Shown: piece after piece, positions 27,812 to 36,883 of the stretch
Position numbering within the stretch: the stretch's first letter is position 1
Layout: every line of letters starts with the position of its first letter
Notes under the pieces: generated by a model
What the model saw: the letters and a program-made list of their open reading frames with translations, nothing else
What the model was told of the DNA's origin: nothing
Databases searched by the model: none
Assembly: GCA_903824675.1 (NCBI GenBank)
Contig: CAIJXV010000093.1
Coordinates: 67,376 to 131,375 of the forward strand
DNA from: an uncultured bacterium
Lineage (GTDB): Bacteria > Verrucomicrobiota > Kiritimatiellia > CAIKKV01 > CAIJXV01
Reading direction: 5' to 3'
Length of the DNA: 64,000 nucleotides
Translations under genes and position numbers: made by a program

Positions 27812-29182
27812 TTAAAACTCGTACATCACCTGCCACCGGGCAAATAATGCCAGATCGTCAACCTTGTAATAATCCCCCGGCTCCAGCATATCGCACAGGA
27901 CATGAACCGCGAGCTTGTCCTTCGCAGTCAACATTCCTTTCCCCACCACATATTCAGCAAATACTCCCCCCAACACGCCACGATCCCGCCCCTCTCCCGG
28001 ACCGTTATCTTCCATCGCCCACAAATAGCTGATATAGGCCTTTGTCGTCAATTTATCGCCCCAAGTGCATTTGACCCCGGCATTGGGCATGATCAGGTTC
28101 GACCAGCGCGCCGCGCCATCCGCATCATAGGCATATACGTAGAGTTCGCTATATTGAGGGAACCGCGACCACAAGGGATTCCACCCTTCATCTTTTTTTG
28201 TATTCGGATCGTCACCGGACAAAATATAAACCCCGGAGTAGACCATCGGCTTGCAACTTTGAATACCCGACAACTTGTACTGCACGGCCGCATCCACTCC
28301 GTAACCGGCCACATCCGCATCGCCCCGCCATCCCAATTGATAGGCCGCTTCAAGACTGGCAGACAGGCCGTTGCCGAAATCCGGCAGCAGGCGGAATCCC
28401 AAGGTGTTGACATCCAACTCATCATGGGCAACGGTATTCGTCCCAACGGCTTGGTCCCAATCACTCTCATTCTTGTAGAGACCATAGACTTCCAGCGGCA
28501 AATCCTTGATGGACTTGTTCTTCAAGTAAAATCCGCCCCCGGATTCGCGCATCTCGTTATTCCCGCTAACCAATCCAGTCAAGTCACGATCCGTTGAATT
28601 CATCGCCAACTCATCTTCGGGATCATTGTAAATGGCCAAAAAATCCACCGTCGTGTCCGGAATTTCACGAACCGTCAGTTTGGCGGCATTGAAATAAGTC
28701 GTACGGGATCCATCTTTTGGCGTTCCTTCAAGAATCACCATGCCATTGCCGTACATCAAATCCTGGCGCCCCACCCGCAGATCTATTTTTTGGTCCATCA
28801 GGTTGCGTACTTCCAAAAACAGATTATCAAGGACCACTTCGTCCGGGAAATCATACGTCGCATTATCCGGCTTCCCCGCCTGATCTGGACGTTGCCAATG
28901 ACGGAATTCATTTACGGCCCGGACCTTGAATAATACATCCTGGCTTAAATCGATTTCTGTCCAGAGCCGGGTTCGCATCCGAAAATAATTATTTTCGCCC
29001 GCGCGAGTGACCCCGGGTGGATCTTTTGAAATCGGGATTTTGTCGAAATATTCCTGACGCAGACGAAGATCGCCGCCCACCCGAACCCGCTCGGGCATAT
29101 TGGTTTGCGCGGTCGCCATGGCCGCCCCCATCATCCCGACCACTGCGCCGCTCACCATCCATCTCGTTATTTTTTTCATCAT
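27812..29182 (-). CDS. Alginate export (AlgE-like) family outer-membrane beta-barrel
   Basis: Signal peptide, GGDLRLRQE, LRVGRQDLMYG, SGDDPNT...WNPLW, terminal aromatic residue (YEF). Confidence 0.8.
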   Translation of the reverse strand: MMKKITRWMVSGAVVGMMGAAMATAQTNMPERVRVGGDLRLRQEYFDKIPISKDPPGVTRAGENNYFRMRTRLWTEIDLSQDVLFKVRAVNEFRHWQRPDQAGKPDNATYDFPDEVVLDNLFLEVRNLMDQKIDLRVGRQDLMYGNGMVILEGTPKDGSRTTYFNAAKLTVREIPDTTVDFLAIYNDPEDELAMNSTDRDLTGLVSGNNEMRESGGGFYLKNKSIKDLPLEVYGLYKNESDWDQAVGTNTVAHDELDVNTLGFRLLPDFGNGLSASLEAAYQLGWRGDADVAGYGVDAAVQYKLSGIQSCKPMVYSGVYILSGDDPNTKKDEGWNPLWSRFPQYSELYVYAYDADGAARWSNLIMPNAGVKCTWGDKLTTKAYISYLWAMEDNGPGEGRDRGVLGGVFAEYVVGKGMLTAKDKLAVHVLCDMLEPGDYYKVDDLALFARWQVMYEF

Positions 29183-29221
29183 CTCTCCTCGTTGACTGAG
29201 CTACTCGGTCCCATCCGTATA

Positions 29222-31126
29222 TTATTTTTCTTTTCCAGGTGCCGTTCCGCCAAAACAATAGTCTACATGAGCCTTGTCCAAGGGCGGGGTCAACAAGGTC
29301 ACCACCACCGCGACTAGAAACGACAGCGGTAACGCCACGACCAAGGGATCCACTACGGTCCAGGTCGGACTCCAGAAACGGGTGACCAGGTTTTCTTGAC
29401 CGGTCAACCACCGGCACAGTCCCACCGCGCCCGCGATCTTTGCATTCACAAACAGCAACCAGAATAAACTAACCCCAAACCCGATCAACATGGAGGCCAC
29501 GGCCCCGGCCCGATTCATTCGCCGCCAGAACAATCCCAGAATATAGGTCGGCAAAAAGGTCGCCGCACACAGGCCAAAGAAAATCGCCGTTGCCAATGCG
29601 ATAACATTACCCCGGATGAATTTCCCTGCCACAATCGCCACCACAATTCCAACCACTACCCCAATGCGGGTGACCAGTACGGATCGAAGATTATGCCGAC
29701 CGGCAAAATGTTCGTAAACATCACGCCCAATCGCGGTCCCCATCGTGTGGAATTGGCTGGATAAGGTGCTCATCGCCGCCGATAACAAGGTCAAAAGAAA
29801 GATGATCCCAAACCAGCGAGGCATCGCACTCCCGACATATTTTGGAATGATGGTATCGACATTCCCTTGCATCGCCGTTCCCAAGGTAATCGTCCGGGCA
29901 ATAGCAATTAAATGCGGCCGGATTTGATCGAATTCCCCGTCCCCCCCCCGAATAATTTCCGTCTTCGGCGTCCACAACACATAATTCAGGTTAGCTTCGG
30001 TTGCCTCACCCGGCAACCGGTAGCCAACAAATCGTTTCGCCCGGGCAATCACCTCTGGAGCCGCCTCGGCAGGCACCAATGTCAGTTTGGCTTTGCCATC
30101 CAGCCCGGGGTCCATCAAAACGGCGTCATTGATCATTCGACACTGAATCGTCTCTTTTTGAGCGAAATAAACGTTCGAGAGCGCACCCGTAACAAAAGCC
30201 ACCCCCGTCATGCAAAGAATGAAAAACCCACCGGTAACCACGGCGCGATTCAGGGATTGACGGGATTTAACCGTCATGAATCGCACAATTAACTGGGGCT
30301 GAGCCAACACGCCGATGCCCACGCCCATCACAATCGTCGACACCATAATCCACCACATGTGATAGCCGGACCCCGCAGGCATCGCCGTTCCCGCGGCCAT
30401 CCACCCGAATTTGGGCATTTGAGTCCACCCCTGATGCCCCATCGCCTTCAAAGGCCCCGGCACTTGATCGACCATCGCAGTCAGGGACTGATGCGCCGTC
30501 GTCACCCCACCCAAAATCGTGTAGGTAACCACCATCAGGACAATCATCCCCACCAACATGATACCCCCCTGCAGGGCATCCGTTAACATGACACCTTTGA
30601 GTCCTCCCGCAATCACATAGGCGGCGACAATAAAGGCAAAGATGTATAAGGCCACATCATACGGAATATGAAAAGCCAAGCCGATGAATTCCGCCCCGCC
30701 CACGATGACGGCGGTCGCATACAAGGGCATAAAGACGAAGATGATCAAGGCGCTGAAAATATGGATGAATCCGCTGGCATAGCGCTTCCCCAATAGTTCG
30801 GGAAACGTATGCGCGTCCAGATGATGTCCCATCCGCCGGGTTGGATTCCCGAAGAATACGAACGCAATGAAAATTCCCAGGAAAATATTCAACACCGTCA
30901 GCCATAACAACCCCATCCCGAAATTCGCGGCTACCCCGCCGAATCCTACAATAGCCGAGGTGCTGATAAAGGTCGCCCCATAGGACAGCGCCATAACCAC
31001 GGGATGGGCATTCCGCCCCGCCAACAGATAATCTGCCGCAGTTTTGGTCTGTCGATAGCCCAAATAACCTAAATAGCCCGTCACCAATAAATAAATCACA
31101 ACCACAATGATCGTTAACAAGTCCAT
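29222..31126 (-). CDS. Sodium:solute symporter (SSS) family protein
   Basis: DYLLAGR, SYGATFISTSAIVGFGG, AGGLKGVMLTDALQG, LSAAMSTLSSQ; about 13 TM helices. Confidence 0.92.
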   Translation of the reverse strand: MDLLTIIVVVIYLLVTGYLGYLGYRQTKTAADYLLAGRNAHPVVMALSYGATFISTSAIVGFGGVAANFGMGLLWLTVLNIFLGIFIAFVFFGNPTRRMGHHLDAHTFPELLGKRYASGFIHIFSALIIFVFMPLYATAVIVGGAEFIGLAFHIPYDVALYIFAFIVAAYVIAGGLKGVMLTDALQGGIMLVGMIVLMVVTYTILGGVTTAHQSLTAMVDQVPGPLKAMGHQGWTQMPKFGWMAAGTAMPAGSGYHMWWIMVSTIVMGVGIGVLAQPQLIVRFMTVKSRQSLNRAVVTGGFFILCMTGVAFVTGALSNVYFAQKETIQCRMINDAVLMDPGLDGKAKLTLVPAEAAPEVIARAKRFVGYRLPGEATEANLNYVLWTPKTEIIRGGDGEFDQIRPHLIAIARTITLGTAMQGNVDTIIPKYVGSAMPRWFGIIFLLTLLSAAMSTLSSQFHTMGTAIGRDVYEHFAGRHNLRSVLVTRIGVVVGIVVAIVAGKFIRGNVIALATAIFFGLCAATFLPTYILGLFWRRMNRAGAVASMLIGFGVSLFWLLFVNAKIAGAVGLCRWLTGQENLVTRFWSPTWTVVDPLVVALPLSFLVAVVVTLLTPPLDKAHVDYCFGGTAPGKEK

Positions 31127-31150
31127 GATGCCTCACCTGGGTGAAATGAC

Positions 31151-31342
31151 TTAAACCGCATCCTCAACTTCACTCTTCTCCTCCGCCACCCATTTCGCGA
31201 TCTCCTGTGGCGGATCTTCTTCTCCCCCTTTATTCCAGTTGATGATCCCATACACCAAACATAAAACCGCGCTCCCTATCGCCAACCCATACGCCAGCCA
31301 GATTCCTGGATCCGGTATTCCGATCATTGCGGCTCCCTTCAA
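31151..31342 (-). CDS. Symporter small accessory protein (single TM)
   Basis: GIPDPGIWLAYGLAIGSAVLCLVYGIINWNKG, directly upstream of the SSS gene. Confidence 0.8.
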   Translation of the reverse strand: MKGAAMIGIPDPGIWLAYGLAIGSAVLCLVYGIINWNKGGEEDPPQEIAKWVAEEKSEVEDAV

Positions 31343-31390
31343 AATCTGTTAATTAATTAACGAATAACCCTAGTCCCGCACTAGTGTTTT

Positions 31391-31419
31391 AATTCTGCTT
31401 AATCTCAAGATGGAGTCAA
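31391..31419 (-). promoter_or_regulatory. Possible promoter for the accessory-SSS-porin operon
   Basis: TTGACT at -35 with CAGAAT/AGAATT 16-17 nt downstream. Confidence 0.4.
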
Positions 31420-31482
31420 TCAAATTTTTCGAAATGCAGTCCCACCCTCACAATCGGTGTCTTTTAAGATCAAATAAAGGGA

Positions 31483-31511
31483 TTGAATTTCATCGCTTCC
31501 CTCCGTAAAGT
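31483..31511 (+). promoter_or_regulatory. Possible promoter for the PMM-rhaA-M48 operon
   Basis: TTGAAT-N17-TAAAGT. Confidence 0.4.
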
Positions 31512-31567
31512 AAGGTGTTTTTCGTCGCCTGTCACCGGATGGGGCGATTCTATAGAGGAGTTAATCA

Positions 31568-32890
31568 ATGGCCGGAATTTTTAAAGCTTATGATATCCGT
31601 GGAATTTATAGACAAACCCTGACGGATGATCTCGCTTATAAGATCGGCCGGGCCTTCGCCACTTACTTGAAATGCCGCAAGGTCGTCGTGGGACAGGACA
31701 TGCGCCCCCACTCCACCCCGTTGTTCAACGCCCTTGCCCGCGGCCTGACCGAACAAGGCGTTGATGTCATCCACCTCGGCCTCTGCTCAACCCCCATGTC
31801 CTATTTTGCCAATGGAAAACTGGGAGCTGACGGCGGCATTATGATCACCGCCTCACATAATCCAGGGGAATGGAACGGGTTTAAGCTCTGCCGCCAGCAA
31901 GCCATCCCGATCAGTGGCGATACCGGCATCCGGGATATTGAAAAAATCGTCAACGCCTCTTCCTTCGCCGCGCCAGCCCCGGTTCCAGGCCATATTTCCG
32001 AAATCAATATCCTCCCCGAATACGTTAAACATATTCAAAGCCGGGTCGCCCTCTCCCGCCCGGTCCATATTGCCGCGGATTTCGCCAATGCCATGGGCAT
32101 CCTCGAGGCCCGCTGTTTTGACGGCCTAATCCAAGTCGACCCTCTGTTCGACACCCTCGATGGAACCTTCCCCCATCACGAGGCCAATCCGCTTAATACC
32201 GACACCCTTAAAACTCTCCAAACCCTCGTTCGATCCAAACCTTATGATTTCGGCGTCGCATTCGATGGGGACGCTGATCGGGCCGGGTTTATCGATGAAC
32301 AGGGATCCATCATTCCCATGGATCTGATTACCGCCTTGATCGCCCAAAGCCTTCTGGCCCAGACCCAAGGCGCCATCTTTTATGATCTCCGCAGTAGTTG
32401 GATTGTCAAAGAAGTGATCCAAGCCGCCGGAGGGAAACCCATGATGTCCCGTGTCGGCCATGCTTTCATTAAACAGCAAATGCGCGATGCCGATGCCCTC
32501 TTCGCCGGTGAATTATCCGGACATTATTATTTCAAGGATAATTATTTCACCGAAAGTTCGGCCCTCGCCGTCTTTTGCATCGCCGATATCCTCTGTCGAA
32601 CCGGTCGCCCTTTATCCGAATTAATCCGGCCCCTTCGCAAGTACCACGCCAGCGGGGAAATCAATTCCGAGGTCGAAAATACCGCCCAGATTCTCGCCAC
32701 CCTGCGGAAACGTTATGCGGACGGACGTATCTCCGAGCTCGATGGCTACAGTGTCGAATATGCCGACTGGTGGTTTAATGTCCGCGTTTCCAATACGGAA
32801 CCGCTGATCCGCCTCAACTTGGAAGCCCGATCGGACGCGCTCATGAAACAAAAACGGGATGAAATTCTAGCGGTCATCCGCGGCCATTGA
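31568..32890 (+). CDS. Phosphomannomutase/phosphoglucomutase
   Basis: [16 protein letters not shown] (phospho-Ser loop), [21 protein letters not shown]. Confidence 0.93.
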   Translation: MAGIFKAYDIRGIYRQTLTDDLAYKIGRAFATYLKCRKVVVGQDMRPHSTPLFNALARGLTEQGVDVIHLGLCSTPMSYFANGKLGADGGIMITASHNPGEWNGFKLCRQQAIPISGDTGIRDIEKIVNASSFAAPAPVPGHISEINILPEYVKHIQSRVALSRPVHIAADFANAMGILEARCFDGLIQVDPLFDTLDGTFPHHEANPLNTDTLKTLQTLVRSKPYDFGVAFDGDADRAGFIDEQGSIIPMDLITALIAQSLLAQTQGAIFYDLRSSWIVKEVIQAAGGKPMMSRVGHAFIKQQMRDADALFAGELSGHYYFKDNYFTESSALAVFCIADILCRTGRPLSELIRPLRKYHASGEINSEVENTAQILATLRKRYADGRISELDGYSVEYADWWFNVRVSNTEPLIRLNLEARSDALMKQKRDEILAVIRGH

Positions 32891-32927
32891 ACAACCCTCT
32901 CTGATCCTTAAACCCGGAGTACTACCC

Positions 32928-34196
32928 ATGAACACCCAGAAAATCGAACAAGCCTATCGCCTCGCTCAAGATCGTTATTCCGCCTCCGGGGTCAATACCC
33001 AAAAGGCCCTCAAAGCTCTGGCCCAAATCCCCCTGTCACTCCATTGTTGGCAGGGCGATGATGTCACCGGCTTCGAAAACAAGGGGGGCTTAAGCGGGGG
33101 CGGCATCCAAACCACCGGCAATTACCCCGGCAAAGCACGATCCCCGGCCGAACTTCGCGATGACCTCGAGATGGCTTTCCGGATGATCCCAGGCCATCAC
33201 CGGCTCAATCTGCACGCGCTCTATGCCGAAACCGGCGCCAAGGCCGTGCCCCGCAATGAACTCGAACCCCGTCATTTCGCCAATTGGGTCGAATGGGCCC
33301 GAATCCAGGGACTCGGTCTCGACTTCAATCCGTCCTGTTTCTCCCATCCCCTCGCCAACGGTGGATTCACCCTCTCCTCCCGCGACGCCGGTATTCGCCG
33401 CTTCTGGGTCGAACACGCCATTGCCTGCCGCCGCATTGGAGCCTCTTTCGGCCGGCGCCTCGGAACCCCCTGCGTCACTAATCTCTGGATCCCCGACGGC
33501 TTCAAAGATACTCCTGTCGATCGCCGCACTTCACGCTCCCTGCTTAAGGAATCGCTGGATGCCGTCTTTGCCGAATCGATCTCCGAAAAATGGAACTTGG
33601 ATGCGGTCGAAGGCAAGCTCTTCGGCATTGGTTCCGAAAGTTGCGTCATCGGGTCCCATGAATTCTACCTCGGCTATGCGATCAAAAATCACAAGCTTAT
33701 CTGCCTGGATGCCGGCCACTATCATCCTACCGAATCGATTGCCGACAAAATTTCGTCCGTTCTTTTCTTCCTCGATGCCATTCTTCTGCATGTCAGCCGC
33801 GGGGTCCGTTGGGACAGTGACCACGTCGTCACCCTCACCGACGACCTGCGTGCGATCGCCGAGGAAATCGTCCGGTCCGAAGCGCTGGATCGCATCCACA
33901 TCGGACTCGACTATTTTGACGCCAGCATCAATCGGGTAGCCGCCTGGGTCATCGGGGCACGCAACATGATGAAGGCGCTTCTGATCGCCCTGCTCGAACC
34001 GGCAGCCCTTCTGCGCAAGGCGGAGGCCCGCGGGGATTTCACCAGCCGCCTCGCCCTCCAAGAGGAAGCCAAGAGCCTCCCCTTTGCCGCGGTTTGGGAT
34101 TACTTCTGCATGATCGAAGGGGTTCCGGTGGGGGATGTCTGGCTGACCGATGTCCGGCGCTACGAAGCCTCCGTTCTCTCCCGCCGCAAATCATGA
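32928..34196 (+). CDS. rhaA: L-rhamnose isomerase
   Basis: [74 protein letters not shown]. Confidence 0.95.
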   Translation: MNTQKIEQAYRLAQDRYSASGVNTQKALKALAQIPLSLHCWQGDDVTGFENKGGLSGGGIQTTGNYPGKARSPAELRDDLEMAFRMIPGHHRLNLHALYAETGAKAVPRNELEPRHFANWVEWARIQGLGLDFNPSCFSHPLANGGFTLSSRDAGIRRFWVEHAIACRRIGASFGRRLGTPCVTNLWIPDGFKDTPVDRRTSRSLLKESLDAVFAESISEKWNLDAVEGKLFGIGSESCVIGSHEFYLGYAIKNHKLICLDAGHYHPTESIADKISSVLFFLDAILLHVSRGVRWDSDHVVTLTDDLRAIAEEIVRSEALDRIHIGLDYFDASINRVAAWVIGARNMMKALLIALLEPAALLRKAEARGDFTSRLALQEEAKSLPFAAVWDYFCMIEGVPVGDVWLTDVRRYEASVLSRRKS

Positions 34197-34212
34197 TGAA
34201 AGGCCTTTGAGA

Positions 34213-35529
34213 ATGAACGGCCACGCGGCCCTTTATTCCCGACGCCGCTTTCTGATGACGGCCTCGGCTTCAGCCTTGGTTACGGCAACCGGCTGTGCCA
34301 CCAATCCCGTCTCAGGCCGTCGGGAATTGAATCTTTTGAGCGAGGCCGATGAGATCAAAATCGACCGGGAATCGGCGCCTCACCAGTTCTCAGCCGATTA
34401 TGGCGCCGTTTCCAATACCCGGCTCAATGCCTATCTGACCGAAGTGGGGCTTCGGCTTGCAACTCAATCGCACCGGCCCCAAATGCCCTACTCTTTCCGG
34501 GTCGTCAATGCCGTCTATGTTAATGGCTACACCTTTCCCGCCGGAAGTGTCGCAGTCACCCGGGGCCTGCTCGTCAGCCTGCAAAATGAAGCCCAATTGG
34601 CCGCCCTGCTCGGCCATGAAATCGGACACGTCAATTACCAGCATACCGCTCGGGCCATGAGCCGGGGCATTCTTTACTCGCTGGTCATCGGGGCCCTCTC
34701 CTCTGCCCTGAGTGATAAATATTCGGATATTGCCGCCGGGTTGGGCGGATTGGGCGCTGGACTGGCGCTGGCGTCCTATAGCCGGGACAATGAACGGGAA
34801 GCCGACGCCATCGGCATGGATTACATGGCCCGGACCGGAGCCAATCCGCTGGGCATGGTCCAGTTAATGGAAATACTCGTCGCCCTCAACGACAAAAACC
34901 CCTCCGCCCTCGAAGTCCTGTTTGCCACCCATCCGATGAGTACGGAACGCTTGGAAACCGCGCGCCATAAAATTCAATCCGATTACGCAGCCGACACTCA
35001 GCGGGATCTTCACCGGGAACGATATCTCGACCAACTCGCTCCGCTACGTCGCATCAAGCCCGCACTCGATGCGTTTCAAAAGGGCGAAGAACTCCTGATG
35101 TCCAAAAAATTCGGCGAAGCGGGTTCTGAATTCAAAAAAGGTCTGAATCTGGCCCCCGGCGATTATGCCGGCCTGCTCCTCTCCGCCAAGTGCCGGCTGG
35201 CCCAGAACGATTATTCGGAGGCCGCCCGTATCGCCCGGGATGCCCAGACCTCCTATCCCGGGGAACCCCAAGCCCATCACATCGCCGGAATGGCGTTCGC
35301 CAAGGCCCGCCAGTTCGAGCAGGGGCTGTCCGAGTTTAATCGCTATGCCACCCTGCTCCCCGGCAATCCGTTCACGGTCTATTACCAAGGATTCTGCCGG
35401 GAAGGAATGCAACAGCGCCAGCCGGCCGCCGAAGCGTACCAGAAGTTTTTGCAGCAAGTGGATGAAGGCGAAGAAGCTCAACACGCCTATCAGAAGCTGA
35501 TCGAATGGGGCTACATCAAAAAACAATAA
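34213..35529 (+). CDS. M48 family metallopeptidase with C-terminal TPR (BepA-like), predicted Tat lipoprotein
   Basis: SRRRFL twin-arginine motif, TATGC lipobox, HEIGH, YSRDNEREAD, THP. Confidence 0.88.
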   Translation: MNGHAALYSRRRFLMTASASALVTATGCATNPVSGRRELNLLSEADEIKIDRESAPHQFSADYGAVSNTRLNAYLTEVGLRLATQSHRPQMPYSFRVVNAVYVNGYTFPAGSVAVTRGLLVSLQNEAQLAALLGHEIGHVNYQHTARAMSRGILYSLVIGALSSALSDKYSDIAAGLGGLGAGLALASYSRDNEREADAIGMDYMARTGANPLGMVQLMEILVALNDKNPSALEVLFATHPMSTERLETARHKIQSDYAADTQRDLHRERYLDQLAPLRRIKPALDAFQKGEELLMSKKFGEAGSEFKKGLNLAPGDYAGLLLSAKCRLAQNDYSEAARIARDAQTSYPGEPQAHHIAGMAFAKARQFEQGLSEFNRYATLLPGNPFTVYYQGFCREGMQQRQPAAEAYQKFLQQVDEGEEAQHAYQKLIEWGYIKKQ

Positions 35530-36073
35530 TATTCGCCAGCAAACCCTCGGACACCCGCTTCGCCAAAGCCGACCCGGCCAGTTCCCGAATCGCCGCCAAA
35601 GCAAATTCCATCGTCGTTCCCGGCCCCTGGCTGGTCATCAACCGCCCATCAATCACCACCCGGTCCGGCAAACGCGAAGTGACCGTCAATTGGTCCGCCA
35701 CCGCCGGATGACAGGTCACCCGCCGGTCATTCAGCACCCCCGCCGCTTGTAAAACCAGCGGACCTGCACAAATAGCCCCGACCCATTGGCCGGCTTCAAC
35801 CATGTTGCGAATTTGCGCCAGGACGCGCACATCCCGCATCAACCGGAGGGTCCCATCCATCCCGCCGGGAATCATCATGAGATCGAACGTCCGGTCGCCG
35901 AGTTCCTCCCAACTTAAATCAGGAACCAACCGGACGCCCCGCGAGGCGGTAATTTCACCGGGGCGCAACCCGGCCACCGTCACCTCGAATTGGGCCCGAC
36001 GGAACACATCGATCAGGATCACCGCTTCGATCTCTTCCACCCCATCCGCCAAAGGAATCAATACTCGGATCAT
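35516..36073 (-). CDS. DJ-1/PfpI (YajL/ThiJ) family protein
   Basis: LADGVEEIEA, IPGG, GAICAGP, TSQGPGT. Confidence 0.92.
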   Translation of the reverse strand: MIRVLIPLADGVEEIEAVILIDVFRRAQFEVTVAGLRPGEITASRGVRLVPDLSWEELGDRTFDLMMIPGGMDGTLRLMRDVRVLAQIRNMVEAGQWVGAICAGPLVLQAAGVLNDRRVTCHPAVADQLTVTSRLPDRVVIDGRLMTSQGPGTTMEFALAAIRELAGSALAKRVSEGLLANIIVF

Positions 36074-36087
36074 GGTCGTGCCCTCTT

Positions 36088-36783
36088 TTAATCCCGCCGT
36101 CCACCCAATATGCCGGACCGCAAGAGATAGTACAATAAAGTCATCAAGGCGGAAATGGCAGAAGCCAGATAGGTCATAAAGGCCGCGTTCAAAACCTTGC
36201 CCGCATCCGCCGCTTCCATCGGTGAAACGATTCCGGCAGACACCATCAATCTCTTGGCCCGGGAACTCGCGTTCCATTCCACCGGCAAAGTGACCAGTGA
36301 AAACACCACCACGAACGTGAATAACACAATGCCCACCTTAATCAAGCCCATCGACCCAAGGAAAAAACCCAGGGGCAGAATGATGTAGGAAGCCATGCTG
36401 CCGATCTGGGTCATCGGCACCAGGGCTGTTCGCATCCCCAGGAAACCATAGGAGGAGGCGTGTTGCAGGGCATGTCCGGCCTCATGACAGGCCACCCCAA
36501 TCGCCGACAAGGAGGGCGACCCAAAAACCTCCGGCGACAATCGCAGGACCCGGCTGGTGGGGTCGTAATGATCGCTCAAGAACCCTCCCACCGCCTCAAT
36601 CTTGACCGCTTGTAATCCCTGTCGATCCAAAAGGCGCCGCGCCGCTTGCGCTCCGGTCATCTGCGAGGTCGCCATCCGTTGCGAATATTTATTAAAAGTC
36701 CATTTGGTCTTGATCGAGGCAAACAACGCGAGCAAAAAAGCCGGCGCCATGAAAACGAGATATCTCCAATCCATCATCAACAT
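36088..36783 (-). CDS. Putative neutral zinc metallopeptidase (YugP-like)
   Basis: LSDHYDP, AIGVACHEAGHALQH, TLPVEWNASSRA, AAFMTY. Confidence 0.9.
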   Translation of the reverse strand: MLMMDWRYLVFMAPAFLLALFASIKTKWTFNKYSQRMATSQMTGAQAARRLLDRQGLQAVKIEAVGGFLSDHYDPTSRVLRLSPEVFGSPSLSAIGVACHEAGHALQHASSYGFLGMRTALVPMTQIGSMASYIILPLGFFLGSMGLIKVGIVLFTFVVVFSLVTLPVEWNASSRAKRLMVSAGIVSPMEAADAGKVLNAAFMTYLASAISALMTLLYYLLRSGILGGRRD

Positions 36784-36883
36784 CTTTGGTCTCCTCCTTG
36801 GACTACCCTAAAAGTAAATCAAAAAAAATGGCCGCTGGCAACAGTGAGACGGAAGGGTTGATTTTTTACGCCTATCAGGTAAA

